Of a stretch of DNA of 64,000 bases, positions 1 through 10,020 are shown piece by piece. The notes beneath the pieces are model-generated. The model worked only from the letters and a program-made list of their open reading frames with translations. It was not told the DNA's origin and did no database searches. The DNA comes from Candidatus Binatia bacterium (GTDB taxonomy: Bacteria > Desulfobacterota > Binatia > DP-6). Every line of letters begins with the position of its first letter. The first letter of the stretch is position 1. The stretch spans positions 74,677-138,676 of the forward strand of contig DATGIZ010000035.1 in the NCBI GenBank assembly GCA_035295465.1, written 5' to 3'. The position numbers were made by a program, and so were the translations under genes.

Positions 1-14
1 CGACGGAGAAGACG

Positions 15-1628
15 ATGGGCGAGCAACCCGTGGACGTCCTCATCATCGGGGCTGGCGCGTCCGGCGCGGCCGTCGCGTGGAGCCTCGCCGAAACGCGCAT
101 GAAGATCGTCTGCCTCGAGCAAGGCGACTGGCTCAAGCCCGACGATTACCCGGGGAGCCGCGAGGACTGGGAGCTCGCCCAGCTCCGCGATTTCAGCCCG
201 AGCCCCAACGTCCGGGGCCGGCCGGCGGACTATCCGGTCAACGACAGCGCCTCGCCGATCGTCGCCTCGATGTTCAACGCCGTGGGCGGCAGCACCATCC
301 TCTACGCCGCGCACTTTCCGCGCTTCCACCCCGCCGACTTCCGCGCCCGGACGCTCGACGGGGTCGGCGACGACTGGCCGCTCGATTACGCGCGCCTCAC
401 GCCGTACTACAACCTGAACTCGCACATGATGGGGGTCTCGGGCTTGGCGGGCGACCCCGCCTATCCCGCCGACCCCCCGAAGGAGTTTCCGCTCCCGCCG
501 ATTCCGCTCGGCCAGCTGGGCGAGACCCTGGCGCGCGGCTTCAACCGGCTCGGCTGGCACTGGTGGCCCTCGGACAGCGCCATCGCGAGCCGGGACTATG
601 AAGGTCGCGCCGGGTGCATCAATGCCGGGACCTGCCTCGTCGGCTGCCCGCGCGGGGCGAAGGCAAGCGTCGACGTCACCTACTGGCCGCTCGCGCTTCG
701 GCGCGGCGTCGAGTTGCGTACGCGCTGCCGGGTTCGTGAGATCACGGTCGGCGCGGACGGCCTGGCCGATGGGGTGCTCTACTACGACCCGGATGGCGTC
801 GAGCGGCGGCTCGCGGCCCACGTCGTCATCCTCGCCTGCAACGGGATCGGGACCCCGCGCCTGCTGCTCAACTCGCGCTCCAAACACTTCCCCGACGGGC
901 TCGCCAACCGCAGCGGGCTCGTCGGCAGGAACCTCATGTTCCATCCCTACGCCATCATCACGGGGATCTTCGACGAGCCGCTCGAGGGCTACAAGGGCCC
1001 GACCGGCTGCTCCCTGATGAGCCACGAGTTCTACGAGACCGACGCCTCGCGGGGCTTCGTGCGCGGCTACTCGTTCGAGATGCTGCGCGGCTTCGGGCCG
1101 GTGGCGACCGCGCTCTACGGCATGATGGGTGGACGGGTCCTCCCCGGACCGGATCACCACCGCGGATACGCCGAGCTCGTGGATCGCACCGCCGGCATCG
1201 CCGCGATCTGCGAGGACCTGCCCGAGCCCGGGAACCGCGTCACGCTCGACGGCGAGCTGAAGGACGCCGACGGCATCCCCGCACCGAAGGTGACCTACCG
1301 GCTGAGCGAGAACAGCGCCCGCATGCTCGACCATGCCGTGGCGCGCGGCCGCGAGCTGATGGCGGCCGCGGGCGCCCGCGACACCATGGTCCAGGCCCCG
1401 CTCATGATGGCGGGCTGGCACCTGATGGGCACGGCGCGCATGGGCCGCGATCCCGAGAGGTCGGTCGTCAACGAGTGGGGCCGCTGCCACGACGTGAAGA
1501 ATCTCTTCATCGTCGACGGCAGCATCTTCGTCACGGCGGCCGCCGTGAACCCCACGAACACGATCCAGGCGCTGGCGCTCTACGTCGCCGATGCGATCAA
1601 GCAGCGGCTGGCGACCCTGTTCGACTGA
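15..1628 (+). CDS. GMC family FAD-dependent oxidoreductase (choline dehydrogenase-like large subunit)
   Basis: N-terminal Rossmann FAD motif VLIIGAGASGAAVAW and a GMC C-terminal region; 537 aa, typical length. Confidence 0.88.
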   Translation: MGEQPVDVLIIGAGASGAAVAWSLAETRMKIVCLEQGDWLKPDDYPGSREDWELAQLRDFSPSPNVRGRPADYPVNDSASPIVASMFNAVGGSTILYAAHFPRFHPADFRARTLDGVGDDWPLDYARLTPYYNLNSHMMGVSGLAGDPAYPADPPKEFPLPPIPLGQLGETLARGFNRLGWHWWPSDSAIASRDYEGRAGCINAGTCLVGCPRGAKASVDVTYWPLALRRGVELRTRCRVREITVGADGLADGVLYYDPDGVERRLAAHVVILACNGIGTPRLLLNSRSKHFPDGLANRSGLVGRNLMFHPYAIITGIFDEPLEGYKGPTGCSLMSHEFYETDASRGFVRGYSFEMLRGFGPVATALYGMMGGRVLPGPDHHRGYAELVDRTAGIAAICEDLPEPGNRVTLDGELKDADGIPAPKVTYRLSENSARMLDHAVARGRELMAAAGARDTMVQAPLMMAGWHLMGTARMGRDPERSVVNEWGRCHDVKNLFIVDGSIFVTAAAVNPTNTIQALALYVADAIKQRLATLFD

Positions 1629-1651
1629 GCGCACCGTACGGAGGATCCACG

Positions 1652-2125
1652 ATGAGCGAAGCGAAGGCCGGCCCCCTGAGCGACGATCAGCGGCGCGCGC
1701 TCGCGCCGGCGCTCGACGGCTTCATTCCGCCGAGCGCCGATGGCGTGCTGCCCGGTGCCGGCCAGCTCGGCCTCGCCGCGGACCTGGACGCGGTCCTCCG
1801 GCGCGACCCGGAGCTCCACGCGCAGGTCGTCGCGTCGCTCGCCGGCCTCGATCGCCTCGCCGGACGGCGCGGCGCCGCCCGCTTCACCGCGCTCTCCGCC
1901 GGGCAACAGGCCGAGGTGTTGGCCGAGGTCGCCTCCTCGGAGCACGCCTTCCCGCCGATGCTGCTGCTCTACACCTTCGCCTGCTACTACAAGCACCCGC
2001 GCATCCTGGCGCACTACGGTTTCGAGGCACGTCCGCCCCATCCCAAGGGGTACGAGGTCGCGCCCACGGATCTCGCGTTGCTCGATCCCGTGCGCCGTCG
2101 CGGGCCGATCCATCGGACCTGCTGA
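1652..2125 (+). CDS. gluconate 2-dehydrogenase subunit 3 family protein (small subunit partner of the GMC oxidoreductase)
   Basis: ATG at 1652 follows GGAGGA 8 nt upstream; the product MSEAKAGPLSDDQRRALAPALDGFIPPS resembles small subunits of two-component GMC dehydrogenases; the ORF-track N-terminal extension overlaps the GMC gene and is rejected. Confidence 0.7.
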   Translation: MSEAKAGPLSDDQRRALAPALDGFIPPSADGVLPGAGQLGLAADLDAVLRRDPELHAQVVASLAGLDRLAGRRGAARFTALSAGQQAEVLAEVASSEHAFPPMLLLYTFACYYKHPRILAHYGFEARPPHPKGYEVAPTDLALLDPVRRRGPIHRTC

Positions 2126-2139
2126 GGCAGGGAACGCCC

Positions 2140-3093
2140 ATGCCCTGGACCGCCGGTGACATCCCTTCGCAGGCCGGGAAGACGTTCGTCGTCACGGGGG
2201 CCAACGGCGGGCTCGGGTACGAGACGGCCCTCCAGCTCGCGGCCCACGGGGCGCACGTCGTGCTGGCATGCCGCGACGTGGCCAAAGGGCAACGCGCGGC
2301 CGCGGCCATCGCGGCGGAGCATCCATCCGCCTCGCTTGCGGTGCACGAGCTCGATCTCGCCGATCTGCAGTCGATCCGCCGCTTCGCCGACGCCGTGCGC
2401 GCCGCCCTTCCGGCGTTGCACGGCCTCTGCAACAACGCCGGCGTGATGGCCCTGCCCTACCGGCGGACCGCCGACGGCTTCGAGATGCAGTTCGGCACCA
2501 ACCATCTCGGCCACTTCGCCCTCACCGGGCTGTTGCTCGACCGGCTCCGGGCGACCCCGGGAGCGCGCGTGGTCACGGTGAGCAGCAACGCGCACAAGCT
2601 CGGCACGATGCGCTGGGACGACCTCCAGGGCACGCGCCGCTATCGCAAGTGGTCGGCCTACGCGCAGAGCAAGCTCGCGAACCTGCTGTTCGCCTACGAG
2701 CTGCAGCGCCGGCTCGCCGCGAGCGGGGCCGCGCTCGCGAGCGTCGCCTGCCATCCCGGATACGCGGCGACCAACCTGCAGACGGCGGGGCCGCGCCTGC
2801 AGGGCTCGGCGCTCGGCGAGGCGCTCATGGCGCTCGGCAACCGGCTGTTCGCGCAGAGCGCCGCGATGGGCGCCTTGCCGACCCTGTATGCGGCCACCGC
2901 ACCCGACGTCCGCGGGGGCGACTACATCGGTCCCGACGGCTTCGCGGAGCAATGGGGCCATCCCACGAAGGTGCGCTCGAGCGCACGCTCCCGCGATCCC
3001 GCCGCCCAGCGCCGGCTGTGGGAGATCTCGGAGCAGCTCACCGGGGTCCGCTACGACGCGCTGGATGGCGGCGGCCGCTCGCGCCGCTCATGA
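2140..3093 (+). CDS. SDR family NAD(P)-dependent oxidoreductase (retinol dehydrogenase-like)
   Basis: TGANGGLG glycine motif, NNAG, and the catalytic YAQSK (YxxxK); the start is the ATG at 2140 inside the longer track ORF. Confidence 0.88.
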   Translation: MPWTAGDIPSQAGKTFVVTGANGGLGYETALQLAAHGAHVVLACRDVAKGQRAAAAIAAEHPSASLAVHELDLADLQSIRRFADAVRAALPALHGLCNNAGVMALPYRRTADGFEMQFGTNHLGHFALTGLLLDRLRATPGARVVTVSSNAHKLGTMRWDDLQGTRRYRKWSAYAQSKLANLLFAYELQRRLAASGAALASVACHPGYAATNLQTAGPRLQGSALGEALMALGNRLFAQSAAMGALPTLYAATAPDVRGGDYIGPDGFAEQWGHPTKVRSSARSRDPAAQRRLWEISEQLTGVRYDALDGGGRSRRS

Positions 3094-3575
3094 CCGCCGT
3101 CACGATCCGGCCGGCGAGGCCGGCCGACGAGGCCAGCCTCGGACGCCACGGCGGCGCGCTGATGCGTCAACACCACGCCTTCGACCCGCGACGATTCATC
3201 CTCTCCGAGCATCCCGAATCCGGCTATGGGCGTTTTCTCGTCTCCAAGCTGGACGACCCGGACGCCGTGGTGCTGGTCGCGGAGCGCGACGGCGAGGTCA
3301 TCGGCTACGCGTACGCCGGACTCGAGCCGATGAGCTGGAAGGAGCTGCGCGCGGCCTGCGGGTTCGTACACGACGTGTACGTCGACCCGCGAGCCCGGAG
3401 AGGAGGGGCCGGCGAGCAATTGATGCGCGCCGCGATCGGGTGGCTCGAGGCGAAGGGGGTCCCTCGCGTGATGCTGTGGAGCGCGGCCGGCAACGTCGCG
3501 GCACAGCGGCTGTTCGAAAGGCTCGGCTTCCGTCACACGATGGTCGAGATGACCCGTGAGGCGGGCACGCGGTGA
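3090..3575 (+). CDS. GNAT family N-acetyltransferase
   Basis: ATG at 3090 overlaps the SDR stop; the acetyl-CoA binding region is VYVDPRARRGGAGEQLMRAAIGWLEAKG. Confidence 0.82.
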   Translation: MTAVTIRPARPADEASLGRHGGALMRQHHAFDPRRFILSEHPESGYGRFLVSKLDDPDAVVLVAERDGEVIGYAYAGLEPMSWKELRAACGFVHDVYVDPRARRGGAGEQLMRAAIGWLEAKGVPRVMLWSAAGNVAAQRLFERLGFRHTMVEMTREAGTR

Positions 3576-3588
3576 CGGCGCGCGGGCC

Positions 3589-3622
3589 CGTCACCAGCGC
3601 ACGCCGGCGTGCGCTGGTGACG
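3589..3622. terminator. 34-bp perfect GC-rich palindrome (hairpin) downstream of the GNAT stop, with no U-tract
   Basis: cgtcaccagcgcacgcc is followed by its exact reverse complement ggcgtgcgctggtgacg. Confidence 0.35.
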
Positions 3623-3663
3623 ACCAAACTCGTCGCTCTCCGCCGGGTGGGGGGCTATCATAA

Positions 3664-3719
3664 TGCCGGGACCGGGGCTCGAACCCGGACGACGGTTACC
3701 CGTCAGCGGATTTTAAGCC
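3664..3719. repeat. attL-like partial copy of the tRNA-Leu 3' half (about 54 nt, 2 mismatches)
   Basis: tgccgggaccggggctcgaacccggacgacggttacccgtcagcggattttaag matches 23135-23190; it covers the tRNA from its 3' end to the anticodon loop. Confidence 0.8.
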
Positions 3720-4508
3720 AGAGTCTGAGGCACCCTCGAGTCCACGCCATCCGCCAGAGCGGCAAGATTCTTCACTTTTGGGCGCCGCCGAGTCGGCTGG
3801 TGACGATCCAGTCGCCCCGACTTCACGGAGAGAAAACGGAGAGCGCGAGGGTGACGATGAGGCAGGCTGACCACGAGCCGCCTTCACCACCTCAGGTCCT
3901 TGAGACGCTGCGCCTCGGCACGCGCGTGCGGCTCACTTCGGGTCGCGAGGGCGTGATCCTCCGCTGCGGCTTCAGGTGATTCGGTACGACGGCGGCGCTC
4001 TCGACTACATCGCACCGAGAGCCGAGGTCGCGTGGTGACCCTACCCGACGTCATCCCGGCATCGTCCGAAACCGCCCCGGAATCGCCCCACGGCGCTGCG
4101 CAGGGCCGGTTAGAAACCCGTGACATGCCCCGACACGATGAAAGAGGCACCCCCCGGGCTGTCACAGGTTTTCCGACGAGCCTCCCGCCAGTAGAGCACC
4201 TCGCGATAGAGCGAGCGCTCATCCGCCATTCCGCACCCTCGCGCAGGGGAAGCCGAGAGGCAAGAGGCGGCACCGTCTCCCCTCCAGCGATAGGCTTAGG
4301 AGAGCCACGGGGGCGCGCCGCGCGTCACGACAGGCCGGCGCCCGGAACCTCACCCCCCGGGGTACCCCCCGCCCAGGCCCCTCGATCGGCCATCAAGGCG
4401 CGCGGACATTTGCGCCCCGTTTTTCGGGAGCGCCGCGCCGACGCATGCTTCGAGCCGCGGCGGCAGTGCGTTGACACGGGACGGCAGGGGGCGCAGGCAG
4501 GAGACACC

Positions 4509-5321
4509 GTGCAGATTGGGCTCGTCCTGCGCAACATGGGACCCGCCTCTCGGCCGGCGACCATCGCCGCGGTAGCGTGCGCGGCCGACGCCGAGCCCGC
4601 GATCGCGGACGTCTGGGTGACGGACCACATCGCGATCCCACCCGACGACGCCGAGGGCTCGGGCGGCCGCTACCTCGATCCACTCGCTACGCTCGCCTTC
4701 GTCGCCGGCTGCACGACGCGCGTGGGGCTCGGGACCTCCGTGCTCGTCTTGCCGTACCGCCCCGCGCTCCCGACCGCGAAGTGGGTGGCGACCGTGCAGG
4801 AGCTGTCGGGCGGGCGGCTCCGCCTCGGCGTCGGCGTCGGCTGGATGGCGGCCGAATTCCGCGCTGTCGGCGTGCCGCTTGCGCGCCGCGGCAAGGTGAG
4901 CGATGCGACCCTCGACTTCCTCGACCGCTGCTTCGCCGCCGACGAGGTCGAGGCCAACGGCCAGCGCTTCCTCTTCCTCCCGCGGCCGCCGCGGCCACGG
5001 CTCTTCGTCGGCGGCGCCCCGCCGCACGCGTTCGCCCGCGCGCTCCGGCACGGAGCGGGTTGGATGCCGATCGGGCTCGATCCCGACGCCCTCCGCCCGC
5101 TCGTTGCCGGGCTGCGCGACGCGGCCGTCCGCGCGGGAGGTCCCACCCCCGAGGTTGCCGTCATGACGCGACTCCCGTTGGACGACGGCGAACGGGCGCG
5201 GGACATCGTCGCGCGCTACGCCGACGCCGGGGCAACGCGGCTCATCCACGGCGCACCGTACGAGGATGAGGCGGGCGGCCGGCGCGTGGTCGAGCGGCTG
5301 GCGCGCACGGCGGCCGGTTGA
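4509..5321 (+). CDS. LLM class (luciferase-like) F420/flavin-dependent oxidoreductase
   Basis: GTG start VQIGLVLRN; LLM-like motifs GLGTSVLVLPYR and RLRLGVGVGW; the N-terminal part of the track ORF is rejected. Confidence 0.7.
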   Translation: MQIGLVLRNMGPASRPATIAAVACAADAEPAIADVWVTDHIAIPPDDAEGSGGRYLDPLATLAFVAGCTTRVGLGTSVLVLPYRPALPTAKWVATVQELSGGRLRLGVGVGWMAAEFRAVGVPLARRGKVSDATLDFLDRCFAADEVEANGQRFLFLPRPPRPRLFVGGAPPHAFARALRHGAGWMPIGLDPDALRPLVAGLRDAAVRAGGPTPEVAVMTRLPLDDGERARDIVARYADAGATRLIHGAPYEDEAGGRRVVERLARTAAG

Positions 5322-5391
5322 GCCCGGTCCCCGCGGGCCCCCCACACCAGGTCCTTCGATCGTCCATCAAGGTCCACACGCACCGTCCCCT

Positions 5392-8307
5392 TCAGCTCCA
5401 CGCACCGATCAACACAAACGGTGCCCAGAAGTATGGCGCCGCAAGCGATTCCTCCCGGCCGAGGGCATCGCTCTGAACCGTGCGCTCCATGAGCTCGATT
5501 CGCGCTAGCCGCAGGGCGTCCGCCTTCGTTGCGCCGTCCCGCAAGTGCCTGTAGAACGCCTCCATGAACAGGCTGGTGGACTGGTCGTTGACTGGCCACA
5601 AACTCGCCACCACCGCGCGGCTTCCAGCATATAGGAAGGCGCTTGTGAGGCCGACGAGACCCTCCCCGCGGTAAAGCTTCCCCTCAGCGGTGTTGCACGC
5701 GGACAAGACGACGAGTTCAGCGTTCAGTCGAAGATCGAATATCTCCGACATTTTGAGAAAGGGGTTTTCCCCATCCGTATCGGAAAAGACCAGCGTCGGC
5801 TGGTTGATCCACTTCACATCGTCGCCAACGACCGCGTGTGTAGCAAAATGCAGGATGCGATAGCGCCTTAGGTCGATGTCCTGCAGACGGCGCTTCGTCG
5901 CTCGCTCCCGCAGATTGATCACATCGGACCCGGGAGCTACCCCGTAGAGCGAGGCGATCCGTTGCACCTCGTTGGCCGAGTACGGCAGACGGCCAAAGCC
6001 GTGGCTCATGCGCTCGTAGGTACCGCGCACGTTGAACGCCACGGCACGGCCTTCGGGAGCGGACGAATATACGGGATCACCGAAAGCGAGAAGGGGCAAC
6101 TGTGGTTGCTCCTTGCTTACGCCCTCGCTGTAGCCCCGCCTCGTCAGGAAGACCAACACCGAGGCCGAGGGGGCGTAACTCACGGCATACTGCCTCGCAA
6201 GGTACGGCACCGACGACAGCGCGGGGTTCATCCTGCCGTCAGCATGTGCCGTTGGCCGAATGAGCGCCTCGAAGGGTAGGTAGCAGAGGGCCCCGGCGGG
6301 GATAACGACGACGTGCTCCCGCCCCCTGATCTCGTCGGCCGCTGGCTGAACCAGTATATGATAGAGCCGCTGACCGAGACGGATGTGGGACTTGATCTCA
6401 TCGGGACCTATGAGCGGGGTGTCAAGCGTCTTGCGGTAGCGTGCGACGAGGTCTGCGATACGGTCCCCTCTGGCAAGGGGGAGCAGACGCACATCGGTCC
6501 GGGTGACGACCCATAGCGCCGACACTTCCTCCCCCGATGGTCTCTCGCCCAGGGCATATTCCAGCAGGATGGTGTGGTCATCAAGGAGCGCCTGCACGTC
6601 TATGATGGAGGCCGTCTCGCTTCTCGCCGTCTGGGAACGGTCACTGGCCGCATGCGAAGAAGCCGTGGACACGGCCGCTGCCTCACTGGCGACGGCAGCC
6701 TCAAGGTCGGAGTGCGCCTGGCGACCAGCGGGGACCTGCTCCGAGAGGGCCCGCTTGAGGCTGCGAACCTGCTCCGATCCGGGCTCACGTGTCTCGTTAA
6801 TCATATCCAGGAGCGTGTGAGCCTTCCCCCTTTCGAGGTACTGGAATGCTTGAATAGCGTTCCCGTCGTTCCGTCCGTTTGCCTGAAGCTTCAGAGACGT
6901 CGCGACTGCATCTAAATAGAATTGCATTGCCTCGTCACGGACTGAGAGCTGCACACGGCCAGCCCGCTGTGCATGGCCGATCCGGTCAAGGATATCGATG
7001 GCCTGCGAATAGAGCGTCAGCGCCTCGTCGAGCTGGCCTTCCTCCTCTTTCACAGAGCCCATCTCATTGAGCAGGATATAGTCGTCCGGGTCGTGAACGC
7101 GCTGATCAACACGGCGAGCCTCTTCAAGTGCGCTCCACGCCGCCCGAAGCTGTCCAACCTGCTGGTATGCCAAGCCGAGGTTGTACAGGTCGCCGGCAAC
7201 TTCGCCGAGCGCCTCACGGCTCGCACGGGCAGCGACGCGGTGAAGCGCCAACGCCAACTTCGAGCATGCGATTGCGGAATCCACGTTGCCGTTCCAGGCT
7301 TCGACTTCCCCCAGCATTTGGAGGGCCACCGCGCCGTCCGGTGTCAGGGGGAACCCGTCGGCCCCGGCTGTCGTCTCCAACCAGTCCTGCAGTAGGCTCC
7401 GCAGGCTACTGAGTGCCGTCTGGGTGCATTGGCGCGTCTGCGCAGTGTCGTCTCGATCGTTGGCGACGGATGCGAGCATTCCGAGAGCGCGAAGCTGAAG
7501 ATTCCGATCGCCGGCCTCGCTGGCTTGACCGAGCGCATCGTGGAACCATCGCTCCGCCTCGTCCAAGTCCCCGACCAACTGGTGAACCTCGCCAAGGCCG
7601 ATAAGAGCCTCTGCGGCACGCTGGTGATCATCCGCGCGCAAAAAGTCCGCCAGCGCGGAATCGTATAGCTGAAGAGCCACGTCGTACCGGTCGCGATTCT
7701 GTGAGAAGAGGGCCTTGTCGAGCACCACTTGAGCTTCAAGAGCCCGGTCTCCGGTCTCGTGCGCCACCTCTCTCGCAGTCAGGAAAGACTGCTCGGCTTC
7801 CTTAGGCTTCCCCATGGCGTCCATCACGCGAGCTGAGGCCCGCAGCGCCGCGATCTCTGCGACCCGATCCCGTCGAGCTTGGGCGCGTTTGCGCCGTCCC
7901 TCGTAGAAGCGCACCGCCTTGGCTGGATCGGCTGGGCCTTGGACATCCGCCAACTCTCGCCCAAAGAGGTCAGCTAGACGCGCCGATCTCGAGGGAACCA
8001 GTTCAGTTAGAGCATCGAGCGCATCTGTCATCCGACCGAGCCGAAGAGAGGTCCGCACCAGAGCTACCAACACGTCCGGGTTCGCCGGATCGAGCTGTCG
8101 AACGCGCTGGAACGCCTCAAGCGCCTCCTGGTTGTGGCCGCCTTTCTCGAAGGCGAGGCCGGCACGGAAACATGCCCTGGTATCCCCGCGCTTCGAGGTG
8201 CTCCGGATTGCTTGGCAAGGATCGATGGCGCTTGCCACACCGCTGGCGGCGCTCACCAGAATGCACAAGCCCAGAATTCGCGTGGTGCTCACCGCAAGCT
8301 GCGTCAC
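5392..8307 (-). CDS. secreted TPR-repeat protein with C-terminal CHAT (caspase-like) protease domain
   Basis: N-terminal signal peptide MTQLAVSTTRILGLCILVSAASGVASA; multiple TPR-like repeats; the C-terminal CHAT domain has the His/Cys dyad (HFATHAV, LSACNTAEG); the GTG start overlaps the upstream gene stop (GTGA). Confidence 0.88.
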   Translation of the reverse strand: MTQLAVSTTRILGLCILVSAASGVASAIDPCQAIRSTSKRGDTRACFRAGLAFEKGGHNQEALEAFQRVRQLDPANPDVLVALVRTSLRLGRMTDALDALTELVPSRSARLADLFGRELADVQGPADPAKAVRFYEGRRKRAQARRDRVAEIAALRASARVMDAMGKPKEAEQSFLTAREVAHETGDRALEAQVVLDKALFSQNRDRYDVALQLYDSALADFLRADDHQRAAEALIGLGEVHQLVGDLDEAERWFHDALGQASEAGDRNLQLRALGMLASVANDRDDTAQTRQCTQTALSSLRSLLQDWLETTAGADGFPLTPDGAVALQMLGEVEAWNGNVDSAIACSKLALALHRVAARASREALGEVAGDLYNLGLAYQQVGQLRAAWSALEEARRVDQRVHDPDDYILLNEMGSVKEEEGQLDEALTLYSQAIDILDRIGHAQRAGRVQLSVRDEAMQFYLDAVATSLKLQANGRNDGNAIQAFQYLERGKAHTLLDMINETREPGSEQVRSLKRALSEQVPAGRQAHSDLEAAVASEAAAVSTASSHAASDRSQTARSETASIIDVQALLDDHTILLEYALGERPSGEEVSALWVVTRTDVRLLPLARGDRIADLVARYRKTLDTPLIGPDEIKSHIRLGQRLYHILVQPAADEIRGREHVVVIPAGALCYLPFEALIRPTAHADGRMNPALSSVPYLARQYAVSYAPSASVLVFLTRRGYSEGVSKEQPQLPLLAFGDPVYSSAPEGRAVAFNVRGTYERMSHGFGRLPYSANEVQRIASLYGVAPGSDVINLRERATKRRLQDIDLRRYRILHFATHAVVGDDVKWINQPTLVFSDTDGENPFLKMSEIFDLRLNAELVVLSACNTAEGKLYRGEGLVGLTSAFLYAGSRAVVASLWPVNDQSTSLFMEAFYRHLRDGATKADALRLARIELMERTVQSDALGREESLAAPYFWAPFVLIGAWS

Positions 8308-9941
8308 TTCTGACAGACGTGAACCTGCCGATACGGTATCGTCCCTTTGGCAAGCGCGGCGATCAACTCGCCGATCATCGAGGAGAGCTTGGGCGGGTGT
8401 TCGGGCTTGACGTACCGGGTCACTGTGTCGGCTCCGGCGTCTGCGTACCCGATCAAGTCAACGATCCCGTCACAGTCCACGTCGAAGTAGAACACGGTCG
8501 TCGCGGCCTTCGACTCAATGACGGTGTCGAGGGTGTTCTTCTCGTTGCGGCCGACGACAGCGTACTTCAGGGTCCGCGCCTGGGCGTCCCGATAAATGAG
8601 CCACATGTCGGGCGGCGGGACCGTGCTCTGCACATACGCGCCGGCGATTCCATGTCCGAATCGCTCCACGCGGTAGGCCGAGGGGGAAGACGGGGAGGTC
8701 ACAGGGGCAACCCGGCTCGTTGCCCGCTTGAGGAAATTGCTTACCTCGTCAGCGGCCACCGCATAGTTCAGCCCCTCCTCGCCCTCCCGCCGGAACGAGT
8801 TGATACCAATGATTTCTCCCTGATCGTCGAGGAGAGGGCCGCCGGAGTTGCCGGGGTTGATTGCGGTTTGGGTCTGAATGACCGTGCCCTGATGGAGCAG
8901 GTTGTCGCTACCCTTCCACTGGTAGTTCGGTCGAATCTGGCTAATGACGCCCGTGGTGTAGGTCCAGACCTCCCCCTCGGGATGGCCGATCGCATGGACG
9001 TCCTGCCCCACCTCGATCCTGCCTATATCGGCCACCGGAAGCCATGGGATGGTTCCGCGTGTTGGCGTCGCGACCTTCAGGAGCGCCAAGTCTGCGATCT
9101 GATCAACCTTCAAGAGCGTGGCGGCGTAGGCGGGCTCTTCCTCGATCGACACGCCGTGCTCCGGCTTGAACACCACAGCGATCTTGTTCGCATCTTCCAC
9201 GACGTGCGCGTTCGTCACGATGTGTCCGGCGGGGTCAACGACGACACCACTCCCAAGGCTCTTGTCAGTGACGAGCAGCACGGTGGCGGGGGCGGCCTTC
9301 TTGTAGAGCGCCACATCGTTCGGCCCACGTGTCTCTTCGAGGAGCAGGGTCTTGGGGAGCTGCTCCAGGGCGGAGAGGATCTGCTTGTCGAACGGCAACG
9401 AGGCAGCGGAGGGAGGCGGGGAGTGGCCAAGGACCGCTTGCTCTTGCGGTGAGAGGTCAGCGACCTCTTCCACGCGCGAGACAGCGCCTGGCGGACCGGG
9501 CGTCAGTTGGCGAGTGATGGTCAACCCTGTGAGACGCGTGACAACGAAAACCGCGACGCACACGGCGGCGAATTCCGCGGCGATGCGGGTGATAGGCACT
9601 CGGAAGAAAGTCTTCCAAGTCATCGAGACGACATGCGTGATTCGTGTCACCCGGGAGGGTGGCACGCCGACTCGCGCCGGGGACGACCCGGCCAGAAGCT
9701 TCGCCTTCCGGACGAGATCAGCAGGAGGGTCTTCTCCTGCCTCTTCGAGGCGCGCGAGCGCTCGCAGATCCGTCTGCCGATTCGTACAAGACGGACACGC
9801 CAGAAGATGCGACTCGACCGCGCGACGTTCTTCGGGGTCCAACTGCCCTTCCAGGTAAAGCCCCAGGGCAGCCGTTGACGGACAACCCGGGGCTCTTACG
9901 CGGCCCAGCCTCCGCAGCACATCGTCCGTGATCTCTTTCAC
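8304..9941 (-). CDS. anti-sigma factor (zf-HC2), TM helix, trypsin-like S1 serine peptidase fusion
   Basis: N-terminal CPSC...HLLACPSC zinc-finger anti-sigma motif; one TM segment AAEFAAVCVAVFVVTRL; an S1 protease domain with the H/D/S triad (TNAHVV, DLALLKV, GNSGGPL); a further C-terminal domain of unknown type. Confidence 0.8.
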   Translation of the reverse strand: MKEITDDVLRRLGRVRAPGCPSTAALGLYLEGQLDPEERRAVESHLLACPSCTNRQTDLRALARLEEAGEDPPADLVRKAKLLAGSSPARVGVPPSRVTRITHVVSMTWKTFFRVPITRIAAEFAAVCVAVFVVTRLTGLTITRQLTPGPPGAVSRVEEVADLSPQEQAVLGHSPPPSAASLPFDKQILSALEQLPKTLLLEETRGPNDVALYKKAAPATVLLVTDKSLGSGVVVDPAGHIVTNAHVVEDANKIAVVFKPEHGVSIEEEPAYAATLLKVDQIADLALLKVATPTRGTIPWLPVADIGRIEVGQDVHAIGHPEGEVWTYTTGVISQIRPNYQWKGSDNLLHQGTVIQTQTAINPGNSGGPLLDDQGEIIGINSFRREGEEGLNYAVAADEVSNFLKRATSRVAPVTSPSSPSAYRVERFGHGIAGAYVQSTVPPPDMWLIYRDAQARTLKYAVVGRNEKNTLDTVIESKAATTVFYFDVDCDGIVDLIGYADAGADTVTRYVKPEHPPKLSSMIGELIAALAKGTIPYRQVHVCQK

Positions 9942-10020
9942 GGCGACCTACCCTATCCTCGCTTCCCTGAGTGAGAGGACGTCCAAGGCACGCCTTTTTG
10001 TCTCCCGGGCCGGGCTGGGG

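Noticed and set aside
1475-3093. Long N-terminal extensions of track ORFs 1475-2125 and 1591-3093
   Set aside because: The extensions overlap the well-supported GMC gene in other frames and are Arg-rich. The real starts are the ATGs at 1652 and 2140, preceded by a GGAGGA RBS and a sensible gap respectively.
3572-3979. 135-aa ORF spanning the palindrome and the attL tRNA fragment
   Set aside because: It is translated straight through a tRNA-derived repeat and a perfect palindrome, which makes it an artefact.
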